DNA of 63,719 bases, the filler included, from Choristocarpus tenellus KU-1152 (taxonomy: Eukaryota > Protista > Phaeophyceae), in the NCBI GenBank assembly GCA_964200185.2. It is 11 parts of 11 records of this genome, joined end to end, with 100 filler letters (N's around TTAATTAATTAA, not from the genome) between each part and the next. Parts side by side here need not be neighbours in the genome. Positions count along the whole stretch, not along the records: positions 25,285 to 29,220 come from CAXNAD020017050.1; positions 29,321 to 48,717 come from CAXNAD020000467.1; 9 more parts are not named here. One strand, given 5' to 3'. Shown in pieces: positions 26,128 to 37,632 of the stretch. The number at the start of each line of letters is the position of its first letter. Position 1 is the first letter of the stretch. Under the pieces are notes generated by a model that was not told the DNA's origin, did no database searches, and was given only the letters and a program-made list of their open reading frames with translations. The position numbers and the translations under genes are program-made.

Positions 26128-29100
26128 AATACATAAATCAACGCTCTGAAGTCAATCTTAGTACATTATCCATAGAAACATGGGTGAATAGCAAAATATG
26201 GAAATGTGGCTTAAAATGCAAAACGACCAAAACCTGGGTACCTCAAGTATATATATGTGGTTCACAAATGGTGGTTTTGAACCCCTCCTCAATAACGAAT
26301 TGGACCCTGCCACATCACACAGTGTTGTATCTACAGTAGTCTATGTATTGCAGTTTTGGTTTTTGGTTTTCTTGGACAAATGCGTAAAATGCCAGAGGGC
26401 ATATCAATGTACTAAGTATATATATGTGACAATAGTAGGGAGTGAGAGAGTACAAAAAAAAAAGACGATCAATAAATAAATATTAAATATAATAGTGGTA
26501 ACAATATCAATAATAATGATCGATAGCACGTTTTTTTAATTCACACCTACTTCTCTCTAAATAATAGATACATAATGACTTAATGTTGCCTGCATTTTCC
26601 ATAAAACATGTGTGTAACGACTGTTGTTGTTGTTGTATGTAAGTTTGATGCACTAAATACTACAAAAAATATCAACAATAACTAGATATATCATCCACCC
26701 ATCGTGCATCATACCACGTACTAACACAATTAAAATACCTTCATCGCTATTGCTCACATAACAAAAAATGTTTGGTTTGGTGCATGGTAGATTAGATGAT
26801 GTAATTAATACACGTGAGGAAGGAGAGTGAGAGGCTTCTCCAACGCATTAGCAATACTTTTCAAAGTTATATACTATATGCTGTTACCAGGATGAGTACA
26901 ATCAATGATGTCCTCTGCCTATACCCTCTCTCTGCGTCCTCTATCCACTAGTTATGGTAGACTGCATAATACACATTATTTTACAGCTCTGGTCGTACGG
27001 CTCCACATCTCTGTGATACATACAGTATGAAGTAATAAAATGTCCTTTTAGAAATGTATGTGATTTCCTACTTGTTTCACCTATTTTCAATGTGTACTAA
27101 ACCAAAGTAAACGAGACATACCTAGGTTTTGGTGGTTTTACATTTTGTGCCACTTTTTTCATCTCTTCCAATTCACTTTTTTGGACAGGATTCCGAAAAT
27201 TCCTAAACTTGCACACATTTTTCAGCATCCTTATAATGCAACTCTAACTACCCCTTGTTTACTATGACTTTGTGGAGTATTTTTTCCTGATGTACAATCA
27301 AGTATGACTAATATCCTTTGTGTTTTATTGTGGGGATATATACCTTTAGCACAGAAATAAATTACTCCATTCAGTAGCACGCGAAAAAATAGTTCTTACT
27401 TAACACATTTACAATCCTTTAGGGAAAACAGCTATACAAATCGTAAGAATGCATCAATCAGTTTGATGCTGATTGAAGGTGTATGGTAAGCCCGCTTCCC
27501 TTGGTCCTTGTGAAAGGAGGTTATTTCCATCCTATTAAAAGGAGCCCTTCATCTCGCACACCAACAGGCGGGGAACCAGTACTTAAGTAATATGGTACCA
27601 CAATGTATGTACATCTACCTACAGTATCCCATGGTTTCAGCACACTTAACAGAACAAAGAAAATATCACTACGAAAAACAGGAGGGTCAAAAACGGACGC
27701 CGGCACCCCCCCCCAGATATTTTGACCCATGTACATACTATGAGTGAAGAGTTCTCTACACAAAAGAAGTCAACAAACAGGAGGACAAAACTAGAAGTGT
27801 GTGACAGCTTTCCCTTCCCATCAGCTAACCTCAAAAGAACGCGTAACACACAAAAAAAACATTTTCGGAGGAATATTCACAAATAAATAATGTCTTGCAT
27901 GAAGGCGGGACCGAAAAACTGCTCGCTAGAGACCACAACTACAATACCAAGAGAGCACTTTACTGTTGAACGTAGATGTTTATTATCCTTCTTTTTACCA
28001 CAAGTACTGAATGGTTCGATTGAATAAGGGGTCACCCTTAGTGGCCTTAACGCCACACATAAAATGGATAATAAAACTAAGCATTCTGAAGATCAACTTG
28101 GCTTTACACTGCAAGGCATACAGTGACTAGCGCAGTTTCAAAGTGCTGACATCATCAGAAAACAATGATACGCTCCATAGTTTTCAAAGTGGTTTGTCAT
28201 TCACACACCAAGGTACACCACATTTCAGTGTGTAAGCAAACCTTTTTCTCTTTTCAGGTGGCGTCAGAGTGAGCTTATTTTCCATGACCCCCCCTATCAG
28301 ATCAAACAACTCACTGGAGACAATGTGATTTTCTATACCATCCTCTTCCTGATATATATATATGTATAAATGTGCAATCTTCCAGAACCCTCAATACATC
28401 CTCCACTTTCTCCTCCAGATCCTTCCGGTCTTGTCCTTGGTATACGGTTACCTCACCCCCTCTCCATCCACAGTATCCACATCAATCTCTCCCCCCCTCC
28501 CAATCCACACGTCCCAACAAACCAAATCTAAGCACAATTCCATGACAATACCGATCTCCCCCGCAGCTAAAGGGCATGCATGACAGGAGTCCCAACATAA
28601 AAAAAAACATGAAAAGGTAAGTAACTTCCCCCCAAAGCCCTTCCCGACTCTCCCTTCAGGCTAAACGGTTCCTAGCTATTGGCCTATCGTATCTTTCCTT
28701 TCAAGTCCTTCCTCCTTACTCCGAATCCGTTCTATCGTCTCCACACTCCCACTCATTACAACAGCTGGTCCTGCTTCCTTTGGGCTTGAAATCTCTCCAT
28801 TAATAACATGGAGGCACTCTACCATCGTGTCAGCAGCTGTGTCATTCCAATCTTCCCTATACACTTCCTGCCAAAACCGTACAAGGAGAAAAATAAGAAT
28901 AGCGTGCGGTGTGCATTTGTCAGGTACCGCTGTGAGGATGATTTGGGATGGGGAATCAGTTCCTCTTGGAATGCACAAGCTTGAACAAGGAAACGGCACC
29001 TGTCTGGTCTCAGTGATCACTGAGAGGGTATGACAGGGAGATCCGGAACTACACCAGAACATACATTACAGATCTAATATGTAAAAAAACCCTTGGACAC

Positions 29101-29196
29101 ATAATGGACTGTTTCGCAGGAGAGATCACATTGCATAATCCATGGTACACAATAGCAGTGCCATGGCAACAGTAGTTGTAGAAGTTGAATTGGTTT

Positions 29197-29452
29197 GACT
29201 CAAAGTATCTGGGAGGGGGGNNNNNNNNNNNNNNNNNNNNNNNNNNNNNNNNNNNNNNNNNNNNTTAATTAATTAANNNNNNNNNNNNNNNNNNNNNNNN
29301 NNNNNNNNNNNNNNNNNNNNCCCTTTGGTACATAACCACGAAAAGTGTATTTACATTATCCATCCGACGTATGCAACCAAATCACCCAAAAATCGCGACA
29401 TGAAAAAATTGACCCCAAATGGACAGCCGCCACCCCCCAGATACTTTGATCC
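29197..29452 (+). mobile_element. MITE family B1 left end and right part on either side of a linker
   Basis: GACTCAAAGTATCTGGGAGGGGG before the gap. The body and CCCCCCAGATACTTTGATCC follow it, collinear with 30781-30959. Confidence 0.75.
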
Positions 29453-29717
29453 TCAGCGGTGCCATAACGCTCCGCCGAAATCCTGCTCTTCAGAGATGCA
29501 ATAAACCTCAAATCACTGATGTTGAGATCTAGTTACTGCGCTGGCTGTGCCACAAGCTTAATGTTCTATCCCTCCTCCATCCCTGCTGTGTTCGGCTTCT
29601 GCACCTTACCCTTGCCCGTATATGGGGTTGCACTGTCGTGCTGTATGGCCTCCCCCGATTCCAGCCACGGCATTATTTCCTTGATCACTGGTAACAGCTG
29701 CTCCGTGTACCACTCCA

Positions 29718-30161
29718 GAGTGAAAGTACCTTAGAGGGCGTGAGTTTTGCCCTGTTTGTCCATTTGGGGCTTGGCTTCCCACGGGTTTCTTACGACATTT
29801 TTCCTACTTATTAATTTTTCGGAGTAGGAAAAATGTATACGCTATGAAAAGGTGTGTCCGGAATAAGGATATTGACACTTCCTAACAACCACGGTAGACA
29901 AAATTACATCAAAATCGAAACATTGGATTTTGGCCCCCAAATGGACGCGGCTCTAACCTCTAGGGACAAAGTATCTGGGGGGGGGAGTGGTTTGTGAGGG
30001 GTGCGTCCGTTTCAGCTAAAATACTTTTTTTTTGCTGACATTTCAAATCCGGCACGTGCGACCAAATCACACCAAAAAAGTGAAAATCGAAAAAAGGGTG
30101 AAAAACCGACGCCGACAGAACCCCCCCCCAGATACGTTGACTCTCTAAGATACTTTGCCTC
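29718..30161 (+). mobile_element. MITE family A (flanks TCCA/TGCA) carrying a nested B2 MITE
   Basis: GAGTGAAAGTACCTTAGAGGG ... TCTAAGATACTTTGCCTC. Confidence 0.9.
29963..30143 (+). mobile_element. MITE family B2 with perfect 4-bp TSD TCTA
   Basis: tcta|GGGACAAAGTATCTGGGGGGGG ... CCCCCCCCAGATACGTTGACTC|tcta. Confidence 0.9.
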
Positions 30162-30780
30162 TGCAGGTACAACTCAGCATTGATGGCGAGGTCGACCTCG
30201 TAATCCTCGCCCTTCATGTGCTGCGCTGTAGTCCCTTGCATCTCCTTCGTGATCCAAACCGGTGAGATCCCGATCATGCCATCGAAATCATGGGAGGATC
30301 CGGGTGCGAAATGGCGGAGATGAACATTACTTTGGGAATGTGACTCTTGTGTTGCACCTTCGTCAAGCCCACCTTTTCCTCCCCTGGGAATATGCACAAC
30401 ATCTCTCGTTTGTGGATAACGTAGAACCACGGCTCGTTGATATGAATGGTATGGAGATCAGTCCTGTAGGTTTCGGTTGCTGGAGATCTAGTCGAGGATG
30501 AAGTCCACCCTGTACTTCTTGCGAGAAACCTAAAGGCTAGAAGTGATGCACCGCTGAACCCTTATTGCCCCCATGGCTTCGAGTCAGTGATGAAGCTTTG
30601 AGCTGCTGACTGCGAAGTCCGCTTTGATGAGCTTGGCGGAAAGTTGGTTGATAGTCAACGTGCGATTACTGGCATTGATTTCCGGATCTTCGCTTGTTTT
30701 GTTGCTGTAAAGTCTGACTGCTGTCCAGATCATGTTTATGATTTCAGGGAGAAGGTATTATCCCTAAGTGTTCTTTGACT

Positions 30781-30959
30781 GACCCAAAGTATCTGGGGGG
30801 AGGGGGGGGGTCTACGCCAGAGTATCCATTTGAACCAATAGCAGGAAAAGTGTGCTTTCGTTATCCATCCAACGTATGGAACCAAATCACCCAAACATCG
30901 CGACATTAAAAAATTGACCCCAAATGGACAGCCGCCACCCCCCTTAGATACTTTGAGCC
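30781..30959 (+). mobile_element. MITE family B1
   Basis: GACCCAAAGTATCTGGGGGG ... CCCCCTTAGATACTTTGAGCC. Confidence 0.85.
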
Positions 30960-33832
30960 ACATGCACCCACACCCGTCTAGGGTGTCTCTCTGCCACTCC
31001 AAACCCTTTCGCCAATTTTGACCCCACGCCCCTCTGGAGTCTCTCGTGACCTGGAGGAAGAGTCAATGTGTAACGTAGAGCAAGTAGTGTAGAGCGACCT
31101 TCCTCGGTCAGGTCACAGTTCTTTATCCGAGACGGTGGGCTTAGTGCCGGGGACGACAGGCTGTGGGGGCTCGTCATGGGGGTTGTGAGAGTGTTGTACA
31201 GCTCTACACTGCAACCCCATTCTGTTTCGTAAATTTCAGAACAGAATAATTTGTCGGAATCTTTGTCGAATTCTTTGAAATTTAGTTTTGATTGTGAAAT
31301 ATTCCAAGCAATCCGATGCAGAATTCCGTTTTGTAATCGGAGGTCATCCTAAATACCTACAACTTTATGGGCCAGACCTATGGGACAGAGGGAGTACATA
31401 AATACATACATTACCGAGCTAATGCCGAGATGTGCACGATATATTCCAGAGTAGAAGTTTGTTCGTATTTTGCTATTCCACGCTTTGCATTACTGCATGT
31501 ACTGGAGTTCATCATACGCAGCTAGTGAACTCTCCATAGTTCAGGCATGAGGTACGTACATTTTTCTCATGTGTTGCAATAAAGCAGCCATATGAACATG
31601 GGGGTCTGCCAGACGTGATAAACGGGGCCCTACATAATATTAGTGTAAGTGGGTCACAGTCTTTTCCCGCCTTCTGCAGACAAGAAATCAGCAGTCGGCA
31701 CAGCGCCAGTATGACATTGTGCACTTAACATGGACTGTACAAGCAATTCCATACGTACCTTTGACGGTCTCTTTCCTTAGTCGAACTGTACCGTCAACTA
31801 AACCGAAACTCTTTATTTTGACTATTAAGGTCTATTTATATCAATATAGTAGAAGTCCGTTCAACTTCATAAATTAATAGTACAACCTGTTTCAATAGCC
31901 CCAAAACGTACTTCTTTGAGGTGCAACGTGATCATGTAGCAATAATTTCTTTCAAGTGCACGTTTTAAAAGAAACTAGTTTTTGCACCTTGAATTCTTTT
32001 TCAAGATGGCATCCCTAGGTAGAGATGAAACTCCAACTTGTGTCACCAGTCCCCACTCTACCCTTATTCCTTTCTGGAAAAAACAAGATCAATATGATCA
32101 GTAATGAGGTCCAGCGTCATGATCGCACAAAATAAGTTTACCAAGGCCAGAGGTGTTCAATATACCAGTTTGCCATATATGCCACCATGGTGGCTGCCAT
32201 GACAAGTTGACAATGATTCTGCAATCCATCATCGCAACAGAGCAGCTTCAATGCCATAGTCTATAGGTTGGCAGGGACAGCAATCCCCCTCTTAGGTATT
32301 GGAGGACACGATTTGTCTGACACAAAATCGTATCTACCTTCTTCAAATGTTGTATTCTTTTGTTCAGGTTAACATTTTGCATGAGATGCAAGCCCTGAAC
32401 CGGTAGCTTCACACTTCCACATTTAATCAAGTTTATGAGTTCCGTGCCCACATCCTGGCACACTTGACCAAAATATTACATCTGAGAACTGATACCACCT
32501 GTCGGCTCTGCTGTGTTGGGGATGAGACGTGTAACTAGTTGACAATGATATTAATTGAAAAAGTCGATGTCACCCTCGTGCAGTTTTTCGAGGTTCAAAA
32601 GCACAGTCAATTGAAGAGATATCCAGGGCAGAAGACTTCTGCCGATGTTGACAAGGGGCAGAGAAAGGAGATGGGGGCAGTGGTAGAGAATGGAGTAACA
32701 CGGTGTAGACTACTTCAGCTCTCAACCAGTAGATTGCCCTTGTATTGCTTATCCATCCTCAATGCCTTAGCCCTGATCCACTATTTCCCATGACCACAAA
32801 ACCACAAGGAAATGGTATATGTGGGAATGTGTGTTTGTGTACTATTGCATAGGATTTACAGATTCATGCTACTGACAAGGTTGAATCCCTTTTTTCCCTT
32901 GTGCATCACCATCTCCTCGCATATTGTGAAGAACCCCCCTGACAGGAACAATCACCACCACCACACACCCCGACAAGTTCCAGATGTAACACTCTGAAGT
33001 TGGCACGTGTGTTAGTACTTACTGTATGTTGCTTTGTTGTGTGTGTCCTACCACCGACAACTCTAGCAATGCTTGCCTTAAAGCACGGAACTCTTCTCTT
33101 CACTAGATTTTGACGGCACAACTCATACACCAATGCAGATACACTCAGTGATATTGTTGCCTGGCTAGACCCTGACCAAGCAAAACACATACAAACAACA
33201 ATATAGCAGCACACCACACTACCCACAATCAATCCTTGCCCAGACAAGGGGGTACTGGCTTGTAGAATCACCTTTTTCACATCAAGGCTGAAGGAGCTCA
33301 GAGCCGGAATCAGAGGCAGCACAAGGGGAGGTTGTAGGAAGGGAATAAAAATAATACGAATTAAAACGAACCAAGGTGCAAGGAACAAGAACACAAGGGC
33401 AATAAATGCAGAGGAACCTAGGGAAAAAATCAAGAACTCACTGAACAACCTACAAAAAGCTCTTTAGGCCATCCCTCATCTTCTACTTGCCACGTTTGCT
33501 CCTGCGGAATAGGAGCATGCAGACCACGTTGTTGTGAAGGGTTCAAAGAGTAGCACTAGCTATTGTCTAGAAGAAACCTGATCTTGACCTCTCTCTTGAA
33601 GAGCATTCGCAGCAGCCGCCCATTTGTTTCGGTAAGCGAACAACACTGCAACCAGCACAAAACCGCCTTCCTCTTTTCAGTACGACAGCAACTATTACAA
33701 GTTTCAAACAAACGCTATCACTCACACCACCATTGTATCCAAAAATAGCCCCCACCAACCACCAAATTCATTACCTCTCTTCTTTTCCCGCTAAACCTCA
33801 AAAGCAATCATTCCCATCCCTACCCTTTAACC

Positions 33833-36800
33833 CTAAACCTCCCCATTAGCCTTCCTTTCTGCCAACCACACAGAGAACGTCCCTGTTTCCTCATCTACAT
33901 CATACATGCGCTTCCTGTACTCATCCGTACCCCCTGGAAATTCAGGAACGTGACATTTGCTATCTTCATAGATTGCCTGCCTCAGGCGTATTCCATAAAG
34001 AATTTTCCTTTGTTCTTCTTGAGAGAGAGAACAGGGTCCTCTATCCTCATCCTTTCCCCTCAGGTTCATTGTCTCTTCACCCCCTGAGCTTCCTTCCTTG
34101 GTTACAACCTCCTTACCAACGCCCTCCTCCCAGCCCCAGGCATGCACTGCTAGGTCCTCACAGTATGCCCACTGGAGACTCCCAAGGACATGGGTAGCCC
34201 GTCCCCCTGTAACTCCACGTGCCTGCAACCGCCCCAACTCCTCCTGAGACCACCGTTCCCGACCAGCCCTGTCTGGTAATTGTGCCGTCCCTGAAACCAC
34301 AGCTGCAAACAGCTGGGCTTGCATCTCAAAAAGGGGAAAAGGGACAACGCTGCCCAGAGTCCAGAATGGTAGGGGTGAGGCATGGTCAGGTGGGAGCGAC
34401 AATATATCACTAACAATAAGGTTAGGAGGTAGGAGGGGTAAATTAATCCGATTTTTTCGAATGTGACATTAAGGAAATAAAAAACGGGCAGTTTTGATGT
34501 CTTGAAATTCTGTGCTTCGCACCATGTTCCCTACCTTCAATCTTGACAAGATTCTGAGGTCAGTAGGTAGGGTGGGGTGGTTCCAATGTTTAGGGTGGGG
34601 GGGAGGGAAGGGCAGGATGAAGCCATCAGGTGGTTGTGGAGTAGAAGAGTGGTGGGGGTAGTGTGGGATGTATGTATATATATATACATACAGTATGGGA
34701 CAGCAGGGCAGGAAAGATAGATAATGAGTTGACGACATAATGTTTCACACAATTCAGCACTTGTGAGTCAGGAGTACGACTAGCAGTGGCCAAGGAATAA
34801 AAAAAATAGTTGGGTGTTGCATACATAGCCGTATCCTTTGCAACTCAAGGAACCATCAATCACATGCAAGGATCAAACTGGCACCTCCATCATGAAAAAT
34901 AGAACAGATTCCAGGGAGAAGCAGGCACATCTCATCTTTTGGGAAAAGTGGATTACCTTGATAAATGCTGACCAAATCCAATTCCACCCTTAGGAGGGGG
35001 TTCGTATCGACCAAACTAATTCTCAACCCCATAATACAAACATGCAAGTAGGATGTACTGGGGGGTAGGGAAGGGGTGGGGGAATAGTGTTCTTCGAGGG
35101 AAGAGGAAAGGAATATGATAGATGATCTCTGCTTGTGCCTTTTGAATGTATGAGCTGAGCAAGTGAACACTGGCATTCTTACCAGCTGTTTCATCCAGTT
35201 AAGAGGCATCAAGCTCTATCAAACAGAAAGTCTTGTAAATGACACTGAGGAAAATTATCCTCGAGCAATCTGGGTGCCCAGGAAACTCAATGGCAGGCAG
35301 ATGTGTGTGTGTGTGTGTGTGTGTGTGTACAAACATATTTTCTCCCAATATTCTATTAAATAAACACAATTTCATCAAGCCGAATTTTAGATCTCCATAA
35401 GCTCACAAACTGTGTATTTTTTAAATGTCTTCTCTGTTGCTCTTCACACTCAACAGCCCAGAAAGCAATTTCATAATTAGAAAAAAAAACAAGCACGAGA
35501 AAAAGGCACATAGCTGTCACCACATTTATTATTTATTGGGCTGATGATGAAACTACTTGATCCACGAACTTATGCTACTGCAACGCAAATGTAACCCTCT
35601 GGAACTGCTTCAAATATATATTCACCTCTGTGGGAGCCCTATGAAGCCCAGGCTAGGATGTCTTGTATGAAATATCTGCTTGTAGAGTGGACTAACACAT
35701 TCTGAAACCGGGTTGTCCATCAGTCCAGACCCTTCCAGGAAGGGAAAACTGTAGTCATACCCTGTGCACCAAATAACTGTATCCACCTTTGTCGACAAAC
35801 CGAGCACATGATGTTGCACAGTCATTCATCATGTTATGTCTGTGTTTGTGTCTGCTCACATAGAGGACACAATGAAGTGGAACATGATAGTGTGTGACCT
35901 CCTCTCCAAGCTAATCTGAAGTATCACGGATAGATCTGCTTCTGCAACCCACGTTCTCCCCTCCCCAATACTTTCTCATCCAAGAAAATCAAAGTTATGT
36001 AATGGATTAGAGTTGCTATCTGTTGGTTATAGGTAATAGCACTCACCTCAGCAAAAGTGCCATCCTCAAACTTCACACCATGACTTCCCTCAAAAGCCTT
36101 CAATGCTGGTCGCCACCACACGTTTCCATGTCCACCACCACCCCCAACACTTTTCTGTGCATTCCTATCGCACACATGTACCATTGAAGCTGGTAGCAGA
36201 AATTTGAGAGACATTGGATGGAGCCTACAACAATCATTAGGAAGAGGATTTGGGGCATTCTCATATAATAGCCGATTAATATATCAGCAAACTTTTCTAT
36301 ATCTTGCTGCCTTGAGCAGTCACTCCAGAAGTCCCAATCCTTACCCCTAGAGTCAAACGGATTAAAGATGATATCCCCTCGTTTTGGGTCATAGTATTTT
36401 GCTATCATCTCCCCAGTATTGTCTATGACAATAGCAGGCTCACCTCGCCTCTCTATTTGAGGCAGCATATTATGCATTAAGTTGGTTTTACCAGAACCTG
36501 TAGGTAATTCTATGCCCATGCTTGCTCTTGATTGCTAGGAAACGCGTGAGAAGGGCGGGCCAGAATTCCTGCAGAAAACAAAAGAAAAAAAGCGCACCCA
36601 TCATTCCATTTCCTGGGCCTTCCTGCATCTCAGCACGCTCGCCAGAGAACTGGAAGTACGAGAGTGCACCTAAATCGGCTTCGACTTGCATAGGATATAG
36701 AATGAGAAACCAGTATGACACACGGGGGAGGTCGCACCTGTTGAAGATATCTCACGAGCCAAGTCCGTACCGCTGGAACGTGACCCAACGCACAAGACCC

Positions 36801-37488
36801 TTTCGTTGCGGAAAGGCTCAGGATTGTCGTAGTCTTTTGAGTGCATGACACGACCTTGAAAACTATCCAAGCCATCAACTGTCGGGTACGTAGGCTCATC
36901 GAAATGACCATTGCAGATAGCAACTGCGTCGAAGGACTCTACGACAGCTCCATTGGCACCATCCTGGTAGGTCACGTCCCAGCCGACCTCCAACTCCCCA
37001 AAGGCTGCATTGTTACCTTGCACGGAGGGCCGGACTGACAAGACTGGGCAAGACAACTTAATATCTGGCCACAAGTCATAGACTTCTGCATAATCCCGCA
37101 GGTAATCAAGCACTTGTGCATGAGTTGGGTAGGAGCTGATTTCTGGCGGAAAAGGATGTCCAAAGAATGCCATACACTCCTTTGGCAAGTTTGTCACTAG
37201 CGAGCTATACATAGGCGCGTCAGGTCTGTAGCGCCACACGCCACCAATGTCAGAGTCCTTTTCTAGCAATGTAACACGCAATCCTTTCCGTCTCAAGAGT
37301 CTACACGTCACTAGTCCCGCACCCCCTGCCCCAATGACAGCAACATTGGGTGCATGGTGCTCTAGTGGTGACTTCACTAGGTCTACCCCAACTGTTCCCA
37401 AACTACGAGACACCACTGCCTTCCCCATTGATGACAATAAACTCCAGCGATTCACTCCTCCAGGTGATAGGGAAAGGGGATTGAGCAT
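33833..37488 (-). CDS. Flavin-containing monooxygenase (class B FMO); exons 37488-36738, 36189-36047, 35786-35626, 34349-33833
   Basis: Motifs: FAD-binding VAVIGAGGAG, GGVWRY, MYSSLVTNLPKE, FMO fingerprint FQGRVMHSKDY, NADPH motif VGSRSSG, VIWCTGY, GFIGLP and PFPLFEMQA. All three introns are GT-AG and phase-compatible. The start ATG could be 37488 or the next Met. Confidence 0.93.
36270..36501 (-). pseudogene. traD: Fragment of bacterial conjugative type IV coupling protein gene (TraD/TrwB family) inside FMO intron 1
   Basis: TGSGKTNLMHNMLPQIERRGEPAIVIDNTGEMIAKYYDPKRGDIIFNPFDSRGKDWDFWSDC: Walker A followed by the I.D..G..YY...DII.NP.D.R...WD.W pattern of F-type TraD. Confidence 0.85.
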
Positions 37489-37632
37489 GTTTAGATGGGT
37501 ATACAACAGTACAGGTGTAACTCCATAAAACCTACACTTACAAATTGGATAATCAATCGTAGACGGACGGATGGCGAAAACAATAATTTGAGACATCCAG
37601 AAGTCTCTTCAGTCCTATTACTTCCTATATTC
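37489..37632. promoter_or_regulatory. Putative bidirectional promoter/5' UTRs
   Basis: Only 144 bp separate the divergent ATGs of FMO (37488) and NDUFAF6 (37633). Confidence 0.55.

Larger units (their letters stand above)
29453..30560 (-). mobile_element. Tc1/mariner transposase pseudogene (DD39D-like), interrupted by nested MITEs
   Basis: TIHINEPWFY..KSHIPKVMFISAISHP..FDGMIG..INAELY[MITE]LEWYTEQLLPVIKEIMPW..IQHDSATP..IKLVAQPAQ*LDLNISDLRF. There are 40 residues between the second and third D. Contains stops and a frameshift. Confidence 0.85.

Noticed and set aside
36100-36519. ORF as a standalone 139-aa gene
   Set aside because: Only ~77 codons are TraD-like. The ATG and tail come from intron sequence and run out of frame over FMO exon 2.
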